Source: Pseudomonadota bacterium
GTDB lineage: Bacteria; Pseudomonadota; Gammaproteobacteria; Steroidobacterales; Steroidobacteraceae
Length of the DNA stretch: 57,788 nucleotides
Reading direction: 5' to 3'
Assembly: GCA_041168985.1 (NCBI GenBank)
Contig: JBEEKA010000318.1
Location: 1 to 57,788 of the forward strand
Shown here: piece after piece, positions 18,750-27,913 of the stretch
How positions within the stretch are numbered: the first letter of the stretch is position 1
How the letters are laid out: each line of letters starts with the position of its first letter
Notes under the pieces: model-generated
What the model was told of the DNA's origin: nothing
Database searches by the model: none
The model's input: the letters and a program-made list of their open reading frames with translations, nothing else
Made by a program: the position numbers and the translations under genes

Positions 18750-20381
18750 TCAGTCCTCTCCTGCCCCGAGCCAGAGGTTCCGGGAAGGATTCCGGTCCAT
18801 CACGTTCCCCAGCCAGCCGCCGACATACGGCCGCACGAGATGCCGGCTCTGGTAGTAGTAGATCGGGATCGATGGCGCATCTTCGTCCAGCAGGGCCTCC
18901 GCCTGCCGGAAGATCGACATCCGACGTGCGTCGTCCCCGGTGCTGACGGCTTCGCCGAGCAGGGATTCGAAACGCGGGCTGGCGTAGCGCGGATGGTTGT
19001 TGCCATCTTCCTTCGAGAACAGCGACAGGAAGGTATAGGGATCCAGGTAGTCGCCGATCCAGGCGTGCCAGAACAACCCGTGCTTGCCGATGCGCCGGTC
19101 CTGGATGAACACGCGCCACTCGGACATGTTCATCGTGACCTTCACGCCGAGGTTCATGCGCCACATCGCCGCAATGGCCTCGAGAAGCCGGCGTGAATCG
19201 GGGCTCGTGATCATATGGGCGAGTTCGACCTGCAGCGGATGCTTCGCATCGTATCCCGCCACCGCCAGCAGCTCGCGGGCCCTGGCATGGCGACGTTCAG
19301 CACTCCACGAGGCCCACTCAGGCAAGGCCGGGCTGTAGCCCTCGTAAGGCGGAACGAATCCGTAAGCCGGCAGGAACAAGCCCTTGAGGAGCTTGTCCAC
19401 GAGGATCTCGCGGTCGACCGCCATGCTGAGCGCCTGGCGAACGGCCTTGCGGTCATAGGGAGGCGTCTCGACATGCATGCCGAGCATCACGATGCCGAAA
19501 TACGGCGCCAGTCGGACCTGTGCGCCGAGGTCGCGGCGCAGCCAATCGATGTCGTCGATGTTGAATCCGTCCGTGACATCGATGTCGCCGGCGAGGAACC
19601 GTGCGGTCTGCGCGCTGCGGTCAGACAGCGGGTAAAACGTGACCGTATCGATGCGCACGTGGCCCGCATCCCAGTAGCGGTCGTTCTTCGCGAGCGTGAC
19701 GGCACCATTGATGACGAGGTCCTTCAGCACGTAGGGACCGTTGGACACCAGGTTTCCCGGGCGTGTCCAGTCCGTGCCTCTGGCACGGATCGTGGGTTCA
19801 TGCAGCGGCGAAAAGTAGCTGTTCGTCAGCAGGTACAGGAAAAACGGCGTGGGGCTGCCCAGCTCGACGCGAAGCGTGTGCGCGTCGACGACCTGCAGAC
19901 CGAGCGCTGCAACCGGTTTGCGTCCCGCCGCGACGTCCTGCCCGTTGCGCAGCGGCGCGAAAGCCTGCGCATATTCGGAAGCGGTCGCCGGATCAACGGT
20001 CCGTCGCCATCCATAGGCGAAGTCCTGCGCCGTCAGGGGATCGCCATTGGACCAGTGCGCATCCCCTCGAAGGTGGAATGTCCAGGTCAGTCCGTCCGCC
20101 GAACGGTCCCAGGAGGCCGCGACGCCCGGCGCGACGTTGCCCGCGCCATCGATTCGCGTGAGCCCCTCGAAGAGGTCGTCAAGGAGACGCTGGGTCGGCA
20201 CGTCGGTGGCCAGCGAGGGATCCAGAGTGCGCGGCGCACTGTCGATCTGCCTCCGAAGGTGACCGCTTGCTGCGCGTTCCGCGGCATCGGGACCCACGGC
20301 AGAACCCGAAGGCGAGTTCGTCTGCGAACAGGCTGCGAGCAGCACCATGACCGCGAGCGAACAGCTGCGCAGGAACCTCAT
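18750..20381 (-). CDS. ABC transporter substrate-binding lipoprotein, family 5 (OppA/DppA/MppA-like)
   Basis: 543 aa. It has a lipobox (VLLAAC), and its length and motifs fit peptide/nickel SBPs (LTWTFHLR...WSNGDPLTA.DF). Confidence 0.88.
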   Translation of the reverse strand: MRFLRSCSLAVMVLLAACSQTNSPSGSAVGPDAAERAASGHLRRQIDSAPRTLDPSLATDVPTQRLLDDLFEGLTRIDGAGNVAPGVAASWDRSADGLTWTFHLRGDAHWSNGDPLTAQDFAYGWRRTVDPATASEYAQAFAPLRNGQDVAAGRKPVAALGLQVVDAHTLRVELGSPTPFFLYLLTNSYFSPLHEPTIRARGTDWTRPGNLVSNGPYVLKDLVINGAVTLAKNDRYWDAGHVRIDTVTFYPLSDRSAQTARFLAGDIDVTDGFNIDDIDWLRRDLGAQVRLAPYFGIVMLGMHVETPPYDRKAVRQALSMAVDREILVDKLLKGLFLPAYGFVPPYEGYSPALPEWASWSAERRHARARELLAVAGYDAKHPLQVELAHMITSPDSRRLLEAIAAMWRMNLGVKVTMNMSEWRVFIQDRRIGKHGLFWHAWIGDYLDPYTFLSLFSKEDGNNHPRYASPRFESLLGEAVSTGDDARRMSIFRQAEALLDEDAPSIPIYYYQSRHLVRPYVGGWLGNVMDRNPSRNLWLGAGED

Positions 20382-20986
20382 GCCGACACAGGGGTGCCGG
20401 AATGGAAGCGGAACTGCGCGTCGGGACGCGTGATGAGTTCCGCTTCGGCCTGCGACAGCACCTCGACGCGAGTGGCCAGCAGCGCCTCGCCGGACGCGGC
20501 ATCCACTGCCAGCGCGGCGTCCCTAGCAAGGTCCAGGTAGAGTCCTTCGTGCCGACGCTCCGCGACCGCGAGGTCGGCATAGAAACTGCCGATCGGCTCG
20601 GGGAGATGCGGCGCGACACACTCGAATCGCTCGCAGGAACGGGACTCGATCAGGGCGCCGGCCACCAGCAGATCGAGCTTGCGGGCCGGATCAGCCGTTG
20701 CCAGGTGCCTGCGGAGCTCTCCGGCATACCTCGACGGCGACAGACGCATCGGCTCGACGCCAAGCTGCTGCATCAGTTCGTCCACCTGCTCGAAATGCCG
20801 CAATTCCTCGCGGGCTAGGCGCGCCAGACGCTGCGCCAGCCGCCGGTCATCGGGGTAGGCGAACAGCAGCGCCAGTGCGGTGGAAGCGGCCTTCTTCTCG
20901 CAGTTGGCATGGTCGCGCAACAGGTCCTGCCAATTCAGGGCCGCCGCCGCCACCCAGGCTTCCGGCGTGGCCACGCGGAGGATCAT
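20378..20986 (-). CDS. miaE: tRNA-(ms2io6A37)-hydroxylase MiaE family (ferritin-like diiron enzyme)
   Basis: 202 aa. It aligns by eye along its length with the ~200-aa Pseudomonas-type MiaE: DHANCEKKAAS, LAREELRHFEQV, GALIESRSCERF, AERRHEGLY, FRFHSG. The ExxH diiron ligands are present. Confidence 0.85.
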   Translation of the reverse strand: MILRVATPEAWVAAAALNWQDLLRDHANCEKKAASTALALLFAYPDDRRLAQRLARLAREELRHFEQVDELMQQLGVEPMRLSPSRYAGELRRHLATADPARKLDLLVAGALIESRSCERFECVAPHLPEPIGSFYADLAVAERRHEGLYLDLARDAALAVDAASGEALLATRVEVLSQAEAELITRPDAQFRFHSGTPVSA

Positions 20987-22233
20987 GCCGCGAGTCCCTT
21001 CACCTGCAGGAGCAGGTCGTAGAGGGCCTTGTCCGCTTCCCGTGCGCCGTCAAAGCGGTCCTCGGGACGCTTGGCAAGCAACCGTTCCACCAGAGGCTGC
21101 AGCAGGCGCTGCGTTTCAGGCAGCTTGGGCACCGGGGAATTGCGGTGCTTGTACAGGATGGCCATCGGGTTATGGTCGGTAAATGGTTTTTCGCCGGTCA
21201 GCATCTCGAACAGGATGATGCCGAGGCTGTAGAGGTCACTGCGCGCGTCGATCGACTCGCCATGCGCCTGCTCGGGACTCATGTAGTGCGGCGTACCGAA
21301 GATGACACCGGGATCCGTGATCTCGAGATCGAGTGCCGCGCGCTTCGCAAGGCCGAAATCACTGAGCGCGACGCGGTGTGGCCCGCGCATCAGTACGTTG
21401 CCGGGCTTGAGGTCCCGATGGAACGTGCCGACCTGATGCAAGGCCTGCAGGGCACGCGTGATCTGGATGGCTATCGACAGCGCTTCTTCGACCGAAAATC
21501 CCGCCTGCATCCGCCGACGGAGGTCGCCATCCGGAAAATACTCCATCACGAGGTAGGCATGGTCATCGGCGATGCCAAGTTCATGGCTCAGCACGATGTT
21601 CGGATGCCGCAACTGCCGCCCGACATCGTATTCCTGCAGGAAGCGCTCGAACGCAGAGTCGTTGCCGTTCTCGTCAAGCATCGACGGCGTGACCTTCACG
21701 GCGACCAGGCTGCCGAGTTTCTCGCACTCGGCGACATAGAGCTGTGCCACGGTGCCACCGGGAATACGCCGAATGCACCGGTAGCCCGGTATGCGCACGG
21801 CGCCGAACTGCCGCGACTGTCGCCCGGCCTCCGAGACGCGCCAGTCCGCCAGCGCCGACTGCCTGACCCGCGAGGCTTCGCGCAGGACATCTATGTAGCG
21901 CTGGGTCCCCACGTCGGCGCGGGACAGGACGCCGAAGGCGCCATAGACCCGTGCGAGATGCGCAACCTCGCTGTCCAGGTCATCCACGATGAACAGGATG
22001 GGCGCAAATCCGGGGCGGGAAGCCAGGTCCTGAAGCCAGTCGACCCCTGCCCCGCCGGGCCAGGACTCCCCGAGCAGCACGGCATCGAAACCCTGCGCGA
22101 GGAACCCCGCGGGCAAAGGTCCACCGGTATCCGGGGGATGGCCGGTGACGGTCGTCCCGGGCCACACCGCACATGCCGCCTGCCTGCACTGGGACCTCAG
22201 CCGCGCATCATGTTCCACGAGGAGCAGGCGCAT
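20983..22233 (-). CDS. Hanks-type Ser/Thr protein kinase with N-terminal degenerate receiver (pseudo-REC) domain
   Basis: 416 aa. Kinase motifs are VAVKV (Lys), HRDLKPGNVL, DFGLAK and GTPHYMSPEQ. The N-terminal ~125 aa has a CheY-like pattern (RLLLVEHDA...FDAVLLGESWPGGAGVDWL...ILFIVDD...GAFGVLSR). By hand alignment the phospho-acceptor Asp is replaced by Gly and the conserved Lys by Arg. Confidence 0.85.
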   Translation of the reverse strand: MRLLLVEHDARLRSQCRQAACAVWPGTTVTGHPPDTGGPLPAGFLAQGFDAVLLGESWPGGAGVDWLQDLASRPGFAPILFIVDDLDSEVAHLARVYGAFGVLSRADVGTQRYIDVLREASRVRQSALADWRVSEAGRQSRQFGAVRIPGYRCIRRIPGGTVAQLYVAECEKLGSLVAVKVTPSMLDENGNDSAFERFLQEYDVGRQLRHPNIVLSHELGIADDHAYLVMEYFPDGDLRRRMQAGFSVEEALSIAIQITRALQALHQVGTFHRDLKPGNVLMRGPHRVALSDFGLAKRAALDLEITDPGVIFGTPHYMSPEQAHGESIDARSDLYSLGIILFEMLTGEKPFTDHNPMAILYKHRNSPVPKLPETQRLLQPLVERLLAKRPEDRFDGAREADKALYDLLLQVKGLAA

Positions 22234-22259
22234 GCGTGATCCGCCGGACTGTGGGGCTT

Positions 22260-23756
22260 TCAGCTCACGACCTTGAGCGGTGCATCACGGCGGGCGGTAC
22301 GCACGCCGTCGTTGCGCTCGTCCTGCAGGCGGGCGAGGTACTCTGGGGTCACGTCACCCGTGACGTACTGCCCCGAGAAGCAGGACGTGTCGAACTCGCG
22401 GATGTTGGCGTGGTCGTGCCGGCAGGCCGATATAAGGTCTTCCAGGTCCTGGTAGATGAGCCAGTCGGCACCGATGGCCTTCGCGACCTCGGCCTCGTCC
22501 CGTCCTGCTGCGACCAGTTCCGAGGCCGCAGGCATGTCGATGCCGTAGACGTAAGGGTGTCGCACCGGCGGCGCGGCGGAGGCGAAGTAGACTTTCCTGG
22601 CGCCGGCCTCACGGGCCAGTTCGATGATCTGCGCCGATGTCGTGCCACGGACGATCGAGTCATCGACCAGCAGCACGTTGTTGCCGCGGAACTCCAGATC
22701 GATCGCATTGAGCTTGCGCCGCACGGATTTCGTGCGCTGCTCCTGGCCCGGCATGATGAACGTGCGGCCGATGTAACGGTTCTTGTTGAACCCTTCGCGG
22801 TATTTGAGCCCCAACTTCTGCGCAAGCTGGATCGCGCAGGTACGGCTGGTGTCTGGAATCGGGATCACGACGTCGATGTCATGGTCAGGCCGCTCGCGGC
22901 GGAGTTTGTCCGCGAGTTTCTCGCCCATGCGCATGCGTGCACGGTTCACCGAGATGTTGTCGATGATCGAATCGGGACGTGCGAAGTAGACGTACTCGAA
23001 GATGCACGGCGTATGGCGTGCCGTTGCCACGCACTGGTTCGAATGCAGCCGTCCCTGCTCGTCGATGAAGATCGCTTCGCCCGGCGCCACGTCGCGGACC
23101 ACCTCGAAAGAGAGCATCGTCAGGGCGACGCTTTCCGAGGCCAGCATGTATTCGACGCCCTTCGGGCTGCGGCGCTGACCGAGCACGAGCGGCCGGATGC
23201 CGTGCGGGTCGCGGAACCCGAGCACGCCATGGCCGATGATCAGGGCCACGACGGCATAGGCACCGCGGCAGCGGCGGTACACCGCGTTGCAGGCCGCGAA
23301 GATGTCGCCGGGCGTCGCCCGCGGCGTGCCCACGCGCTGCAGTTCGGACGCGAACACGTTCAGCAGTACCTCGGAATCCGAGCGCGTATTCAGGTGGCGC
23401 CGGTCCTCTCGCATCATGACGGCGCCCAGCTCGGCGGCGTTTGTCAGGTTGCCATTGTGGCCCAGGCAGATGCCGTAGGGGGCATTGACGTAGAAAGGCT
23501 GGACCTCGGACATGCTGTCGCCACCGGCCGTCGGATACCGGACGTGTCCGATGCCCATGTTGCCGCGCAGGGATTCCATGTCCGACTGCTGGAACACATC
23601 ACGGACCAGACCGCGTCCGCGCACCGTGAAGAGTTCGCCGTTCTCTTCGGTCATGATGCCCGCGGCATCCTGTCCGCGGTGCTGCAGTCCCGTAAGGGCA
23701 TCGTAAAGCTGCTGGTTGACGGGACTTCGACCGACGATTCCGACAATGCCACACAT
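22260..23756 (-). CDS. purF: Amidophosphoribosyltransferase
   Basis: 498 aa. It begins MCGIVGI (N-terminal nucleophile Cys) and has the PRTase motif [13 protein letters not shown]. Confidence 0.97.
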   Translation of the reverse strand: MCGIVGIVGRSPVNQQLYDALTGLQHRGQDAAGIMTEENGELFTVRGRGLVRDVFQQSDMESLRGNMGIGHVRYPTAGGDSMSEVQPFYVNAPYGICLGHNGNLTNAAELGAVMMREDRRHLNTRSDSEVLLNVFASELQRVGTPRATPGDIFAACNAVYRRCRGAYAVVALIIGHGVLGFRDPHGIRPLVLGQRRSPKGVEYMLASESVALTMLSFEVVRDVAPGEAIFIDEQGRLHSNQCVATARHTPCIFEYVYFARPDSIIDNISVNRARMRMGEKLADKLRRERPDHDIDVVIPIPDTSRTCAIQLAQKLGLKYREGFNKNRYIGRTFIMPGQEQRTKSVRRKLNAIDLEFRGNNVLLVDDSIVRGTTSAQIIELAREAGARKVYFASAAPPVRHPYVYGIDMPAASELVAAGRDEAEVAKAIGADWLIYQDLEDLISACRHDHANIREFDTSCFSGQYVTGDVTPEYLARLQDERNDGVRTARRDAPLKVVS

Positions 23757-23774
23757 GGGACCTCCGACCGAGGA

Positions 23775-24263
23775 TCAGACCGACGACAACCCGTTGATGC
23801 GGTCGCCGCCCAGCACGTGGAGCACTTTCGCGACAGGTGCCAAGTAGGGCATCAGGCGCGAATGGCGCCACCACGACTCGCCATCGAGCCGGGCCGCCTG
23901 ACCTAGGACCACGAGGACACCGAGGACCAGCACACCGCGCAGGACCCCGAACAGCAGACCCAGCGTCCGGTCCACCGACCGAAGCAGGGACATGCGGACC
24001 AGATGCGAGACGATCGCGCCGATCACCGCGCCGATCACGAGCACGGCGATGAAAACGATCGATCGCGCGGTCCAGGTGCTGATGGGCGGATCGACAAGCA
24101 GCCCGCCCAGATGAGGCTCGACGACCGATCCGAATCGCCATGCCGCGAAAAACGCGACGACCCAGGTGGCGAGCGAACAGACTTCCTTGACGAACCCGCG
24201 CCAAAGCCCCGCGATCGCGGAGAGCAGCAGGATTCCGGCGAGCAGGTAATCGACGCTGGTCAT
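23775..24263 (-). CDS. cvpA: Colicin V production protein CvpA family membrane protein
   Basis: 162 aa, 4 TM, with the typical N-terminus DYLLAGILLLSAIAGLWRGFVKE. It lies immediately upstream of purF, as in E. coli. Confidence 0.9.
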   Translation of the reverse strand: MTSVDYLLAGILLLSAIAGLWRGFVKEVCSLATWVVAFFAAWRFGSVVEPHLGGLLVDPPISTWTARSIVFIAVLVIGAVIGAIVSHLVRMSLLRSVDRTLGLLFGVLRGVLVLGVLVVLGQAARLDGESWWRHSRLMPYLAPVAKVLHVLGGDRINGLSSV

Positions 24264-24296
24264 GATGCAAGTCTACCGGATGGCCGTGCGCTACGC

Positions 24297-24941
24297 TCAG
24301 GGCGCAACGAGGGTGCCCGCCAGGCCCTCTTCGGCCAGCCGTTTGCGGAGCCCCTGGGCTGCAGCGCGATCTGGCAACGGACCCACGCGCACGCGCCAGG
24401 TGGAACCTCCGCCACTGATCTGCGCCGCATGCCCCTTACGGGCAGCCTGCCGGACCATCGACTCGGCATTCTGGTGCTTTGAAAACACGCCCAACTGCAC
24501 GAACCATCCCTTCTTGTCGGCTGCAACAGGTTTGGCCTCCGGCTTGGGCGGGGTTTTCTTCACAGCTGGCGGCGAGACGGGCTCGGCCTCCGGCACCGGA
24601 GGCGACTCGACGGGCGCGGACGGCGGCGGGGTCATGACCCGCGACTCGGCTGTGACCGGCGCGGGCGCCGGCGCGGGTGCCGCCGTCGGGGCAGGCAATC
24701 GGTCCGAGGACTGCATGGACTGGACGTTCAGCGCCGCCTGACCCGTGGGCTGCTCGGCAGACCCATCCAGTGGCATCTGGTAAGTCACGAGCGGCGGACC
24801 CTCGCTGGCCGGGCGTGCGGCCGGTACGGCCTCTGCCGCCCGTCGCGGGGAATGGCCGGACAGGAACTCCGGCACGACGATGACCATCAGGGCCACAAGG
24901 ATCAGCGCGCCGGTCAGTCTTTCCTTGATGCGGGTTTCCAT
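24297..24941 (-). CDS. SPOR-domain cell-division protein (DedD-like)
   Basis: 214 aa. It has an N-terminal TM, a Pro/Ala-rich linker and a C-terminal SPOR motif (WFVQLGVFSKHQNAE...WRVRVGPL). It occupies the dedD position between folC and cvpA. Confidence 0.8.
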   Translation of the reverse strand: METRIKERLTGALILVALMVIVVPEFLSGHSPRRAAEAVPAARPASEGPPLVTYQMPLDGSAEQPTGQAALNVQSMQSSDRLPAPTAAPAPAPAPVTAESRVMTPPPSAPVESPPVPEAEPVSPPAVKKTPPKPEAKPVAADKKGWFVQLGVFSKHQNAESMVRQAARKGHAAQISGGGSTWRVRVGPLPDRAAAQGLRKRLAEEGLAGTLVAP

Positions 24942-24945
24942 GCGT

Positions 24946-26217
24946 TCAACCCATACCCAGAGTTGCCAGCGCGGGCGTCACGGCCATGAAGGAGCCGCAG
25001 ACAACGATGCGATCGCCGGGCCTGGAGAGCGACCTGGCCAGCCGCATCCCGGCCGGAATGTCACGGGCGAGCCGGGCCGCTTCGAAATGCTGCGAGCGTC
25101 TGGCCAGCGCGGCCGCCGACAGTCCCCTCGGGGCATCGATGCCGCAGAGGACCCACTCATCGACCACGGGAGCGAGCGCGCCCGCGATCGCGCGCACATC
25201 CTTGTCGCCGAGGATGCTGGTGACCAGCAAGGTCCTGCCGGCGATGGGACGGGAATCGAGCGTGTGTGCCAGCACGCGCGCGGATGCTTCGTTGTGGGCC
25301 ACGTCGAGCACCCATTCGACCGGTCCCGGGATGACCTGGAACCGACCCGGCACGCTCACCGAGTCCAGCGCCGTGGTCACCGAAGCGGCATCGAGCGCGA
25401 CCGGCGGATCCAGGTTCAGGAGCGCAACCACGGCGCCCGCGGCATTCGCGTACTGCACGTCGCCCTGCAGGGACGGCGCAGGAAGGTCCGTGAAGCGCCG
25501 GCCCGCCACTTCAAGATCCCAGCGGCGGCCGCGCAAGGTGAAGCGGTAGTCGCGCTGCGCCTTGAGTACGCGTGCCCCGATACGCAAGCCTTCCTCCTCC
25601 ACGCTGCCGACCATGCGGGGATCAGACAGCACGGCCACGCGACCCGCACGGAACACGCCCGCCTTTTCGCGGCCGATCTTGTCGAGGGTATCGCCGAGCC
25701 AGTCGCAATGGTCGAAGCCAATCGAACACACGATGGCTGCATGCGCGTCGACGATGTTCACGGCGTCGAACCGCCCGCCCAGGCCCACCTCGAGCACGGC
25801 ATGGTCGACCCCGTGCTGGCGGAACACATACAGCGCCGCCAGAAGATTGAACTCGAAGAACGTCAGCGTGATCTCCGCGCGCGCCGCGTCGATCGCGGCG
25901 AAGGCCGCGATCAGGTCCTCATCGGCCGCCTCCGACCCGTCGATGCGGATGCGCTCGTTGTAGCGGAGCAAGTGCGGAGAGGTGAAGGTTCCGACGCGAT
26001 GGCCTGCACCCCGCAGCAGCGCATTGAGGTAGGCCACCGTGGACCCCTTGCCGTTGGTGCCGGCGACGGTGATTACGCGGCAGGCGGGCTGCAACAGCGC
26101 CAGGCGCTGCGCGACGGTACGCACCCGCTCGAGCGTCAGGTCGATGCCCGTGGAATGCACCGTCTCCTGCAGCGCCAGCCAGTCGGCGAGGCTGCGTGGG
26201 GACTGACTCACGCGCAA
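24946..26217 (-). CDS. folC: Bifunctional folylpolyglutamate synthase/dihydrofolate synthase
   Basis: 423 aa. It has the P-loop VAGTNGKGST and SLADWL at the N-terminus. The track start is TTG at 26217; GTG at 26211 is an alternative. Confidence 0.93.
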   Translation of the reverse strand: MRVSQSPRSLADWLALQETVHSTGIDLTLERVRTVAQRLALLQPACRVITVAGTNGKGSTVAYLNALLRGAGHRVGTFTSPHLLRYNERIRIDGSEAADEDLIAAFAAIDAARAEITLTFFEFNLLAALYVFRQHGVDHAVLEVGLGGRFDAVNIVDAHAAIVCSIGFDHCDWLGDTLDKIGREKAGVFRAGRVAVLSDPRMVGSVEEEGLRIGARVLKAQRDYRFTLRGRRWDLEVAGRRFTDLPAPSLQGDVQYANAAGAVVALLNLDPPVALDAASVTTALDSVSVPGRFQVIPGPVEWVLDVAHNEASARVLAHTLDSRPIAGRTLLVTSILGDKDVRAIAGALAPVVDEWVLCGIDAPRGLSAAALARRSQHFEAARLARDIPAGMRLARSLSRPGDRIVVCGSFMAVTPALATLGMG

Positions 26218-26221
26218 CCCG

Positions 26222-27088
26222 TCAGGACGCGACGGCTGGCAGCTTCATGAGGACGCGCAGCACCTCGCCGAGCCGGTCCCGCAATTCACGACGATCGACG
26301 ATCATGTCCAGCGCGCCCTTTTCCAGCAGGAACTCGCTGGTCTGGAACCCTTCCGGCAGCGTTTCGCGCACGGTCTGCGCGATGACGCGAGGACCGGCGA
26401 AGCCGATCAGCGCCCGCGGTTCCGCGACGTTGAGGTCGCCGAGCATGGCGAGGCTCGCCGACACGCCACCCGTGGTCGGGTCGGTGAGCACGGAGATGTA
26501 CGGCAACTGCGCCCGGGCAAGTTTCGCGAGCGCCGCGCTCGTCTTGGCCATCTGCATCAACGAAAGCAGGGCTTCCTGCATGCGCGCGCCGCCCGTGGCG
26601 GAGAAGCAGACCAGCGCCGCGCGTTTTTCGATGCAGTGCTCGACGGCGCGACGGAATCGCTCGCCGACCACGGATCCCATCGATCCGCCGAGGAAGCTGA
26701 ATTCGAAGGCACAGGCCACGACCGGCGTGCCCTGGAGCGTGCCCGACAGGACGACCATCGCGTCCTTTTCGCCCGTGGCCTTTTGTGCCGCGGCGATCCG
26801 GTCCTTGTACTTCTTCGAGTCCTTGAACTTCAGCGGATCCTCGGGGGACACCGACGCCGCCAGTTCGCGGGTGCTGCCCGGATCAAGGAAACGCTGCAGG
26901 CGATCCCGTGCGCGGATTCGCATGTGGTGCCCGCACTTCGGGCAGACATGGAGATTGCGCTCGATCTCGGCCCGGTACAGCACGGCGTCACAGGACGTGC
27001 ACTTGATCCACAGACCTTCGGGTACGGATGCGCGCTGGCGACGTTCGGTCTTGATGCGCGACGGACGGATTTTGTCAAACCAGGACAT
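26222..27088 (-). CDS. accD: Acetyl-CoA carboxylase carboxyltransferase beta subunit
   Basis: 288 aa. It has the N-terminal zinc ribbon CTSCDAVLY...CPKCGHH and GGARMQE. Confidence 0.96.
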   Translation of the reverse strand: MSWFDKIRPSRIKTERRQRASVPEGLWIKCTSCDAVLYRAEIERNLHVCPKCGHHMRIRARDRLQRFLDPGSTRELAASVSPEDPLKFKDSKKYKDRIAAAQKATGEKDAMVVLSGTLQGTPVVACAFEFSFLGGSMGSVVGERFRRAVEHCIEKRAALVCFSATGGARMQEALLSLMQMAKTSAALAKLARAQLPYISVLTDPTTGGVSASLAMLGDLNVAEPRALIGFAGPRVIAQTVRETLPEGFQTSEFLLEKGALDMIVDRRELRDRLGEVLRVLMKLPAVAS

Positions 27089-27091
27089 GCG

Positions 27092-27901
27092 TCAACCCAT
27101 GAGGTCGGCCGGACACCCGGCAGGTGGCGGAATCATATCGGAATCGTCGGGCAGCCCGAACCCGTCCGGGTACCTGGCCGACCAGAAATACAGCCCCTCG
27201 GCCGGGGCAGTGGCCGCATTCAGGCGCCGATCACGGCCCGCGAGGACCTCCGCGGCCCACTCCGGCTCGCGATCCCCCTGCCCGACCGCGACCAGCAGGC
27301 CCGCGATATTTCGCACCATGTGGTGCAGGAACGCATTCGCACGCACCTGCAGCACGATGAATTCCCCCGTGCGCTGGATGTCCAGGGCCATCAGCTTCCG
27401 GACCGGCGAATTGGCCTGGCACTCGGAGGACCGAAAGGCACTGAAATCGTGCTCTCCCAGCAGGTGGGGCGCGGCGGAACGCATGCGTTCGTCATCGAGC
27501 GGTCGGTGGAAGAACGCGACGCGACCGGACGCCAGCCCCGGCCGCGCGGAGCGATTCAGGATGACGTACCGGTAGCAGCGCGACAGCGCCGAATAGCGCG
27601 CATGAAAATGTTCGGGGACTTCACGGGCCCAGCGCAGCGCGATCCCCGGGGGAAGGTGGGTATTCGCGCCCAGCACCCACGAACGCGGCGTGCGCCGCGC
27701 CTCGGTGTCGAAATGTGCGATCTGGCCGCGGGCATGGACGCCGGCGTCCGTTCGCCCGGCCCCCACCAGGGCGACCGGGGCATCCGCTATGCGGGACAGG
27801 GCCGATTCGAGGTGACCCTGCACCGTGGGCAAGTCGCGCTGCGACTGCCACCCTGCCAACCGCAGGCCGTCATACTCGACCCCGACAGCAATCCGCGGCA
27901 T
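27092..27901 (-). CDS. truA: tRNA pseudouridine(38-40) synthase
   Basis: 269 aa. It has the catalytic motif GAGRTDAGVHA and typical TruA sequence. Confidence 0.95.
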   Translation of the reverse strand: MPRIAVGVEYDGLRLAGWQSQRDLPTVQGHLESALSRIADAPVALVGAGRTDAGVHARGQIAHFDTEARRTPRSWVLGANTHLPPGIALRWAREVPEHFHARYSALSRCYRYVILNRSARPGLASGRVAFFHRPLDDERMRSAAPHLLGEHDFSAFRSSECQANSPVRKLMALDIQRTGEFIVLQVRANAFLHHMVRNIAGLLVAVGQGDREPEWAAEVLAGRDRRLNAATAPAEGLYFWSARYPDGFGLPDDSDMIPPPAGCPADLMG

Positions 27902-27913
27902 CAGGTCGATGGA

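Noticed and set aside
22173-23906. 577-aa plus-strand ORF antisense to purF
   Set aside because: It is a shadow ORF. purF on the minus strand has the Cys1 amidotransferase and PRTase motifs.
24600-24700. GC-rich quasi-repetitive DNA (GGCGCC/GGCGCG units) here, and similar stretches in fimV (about 29280-29620), considered as possible repeat arrays
   Set aside because: They lie inside coding frames and encode Pro/Ala-rich linkers of the SPOR protein and FimV. They have no regular spacer/repeat architecture.
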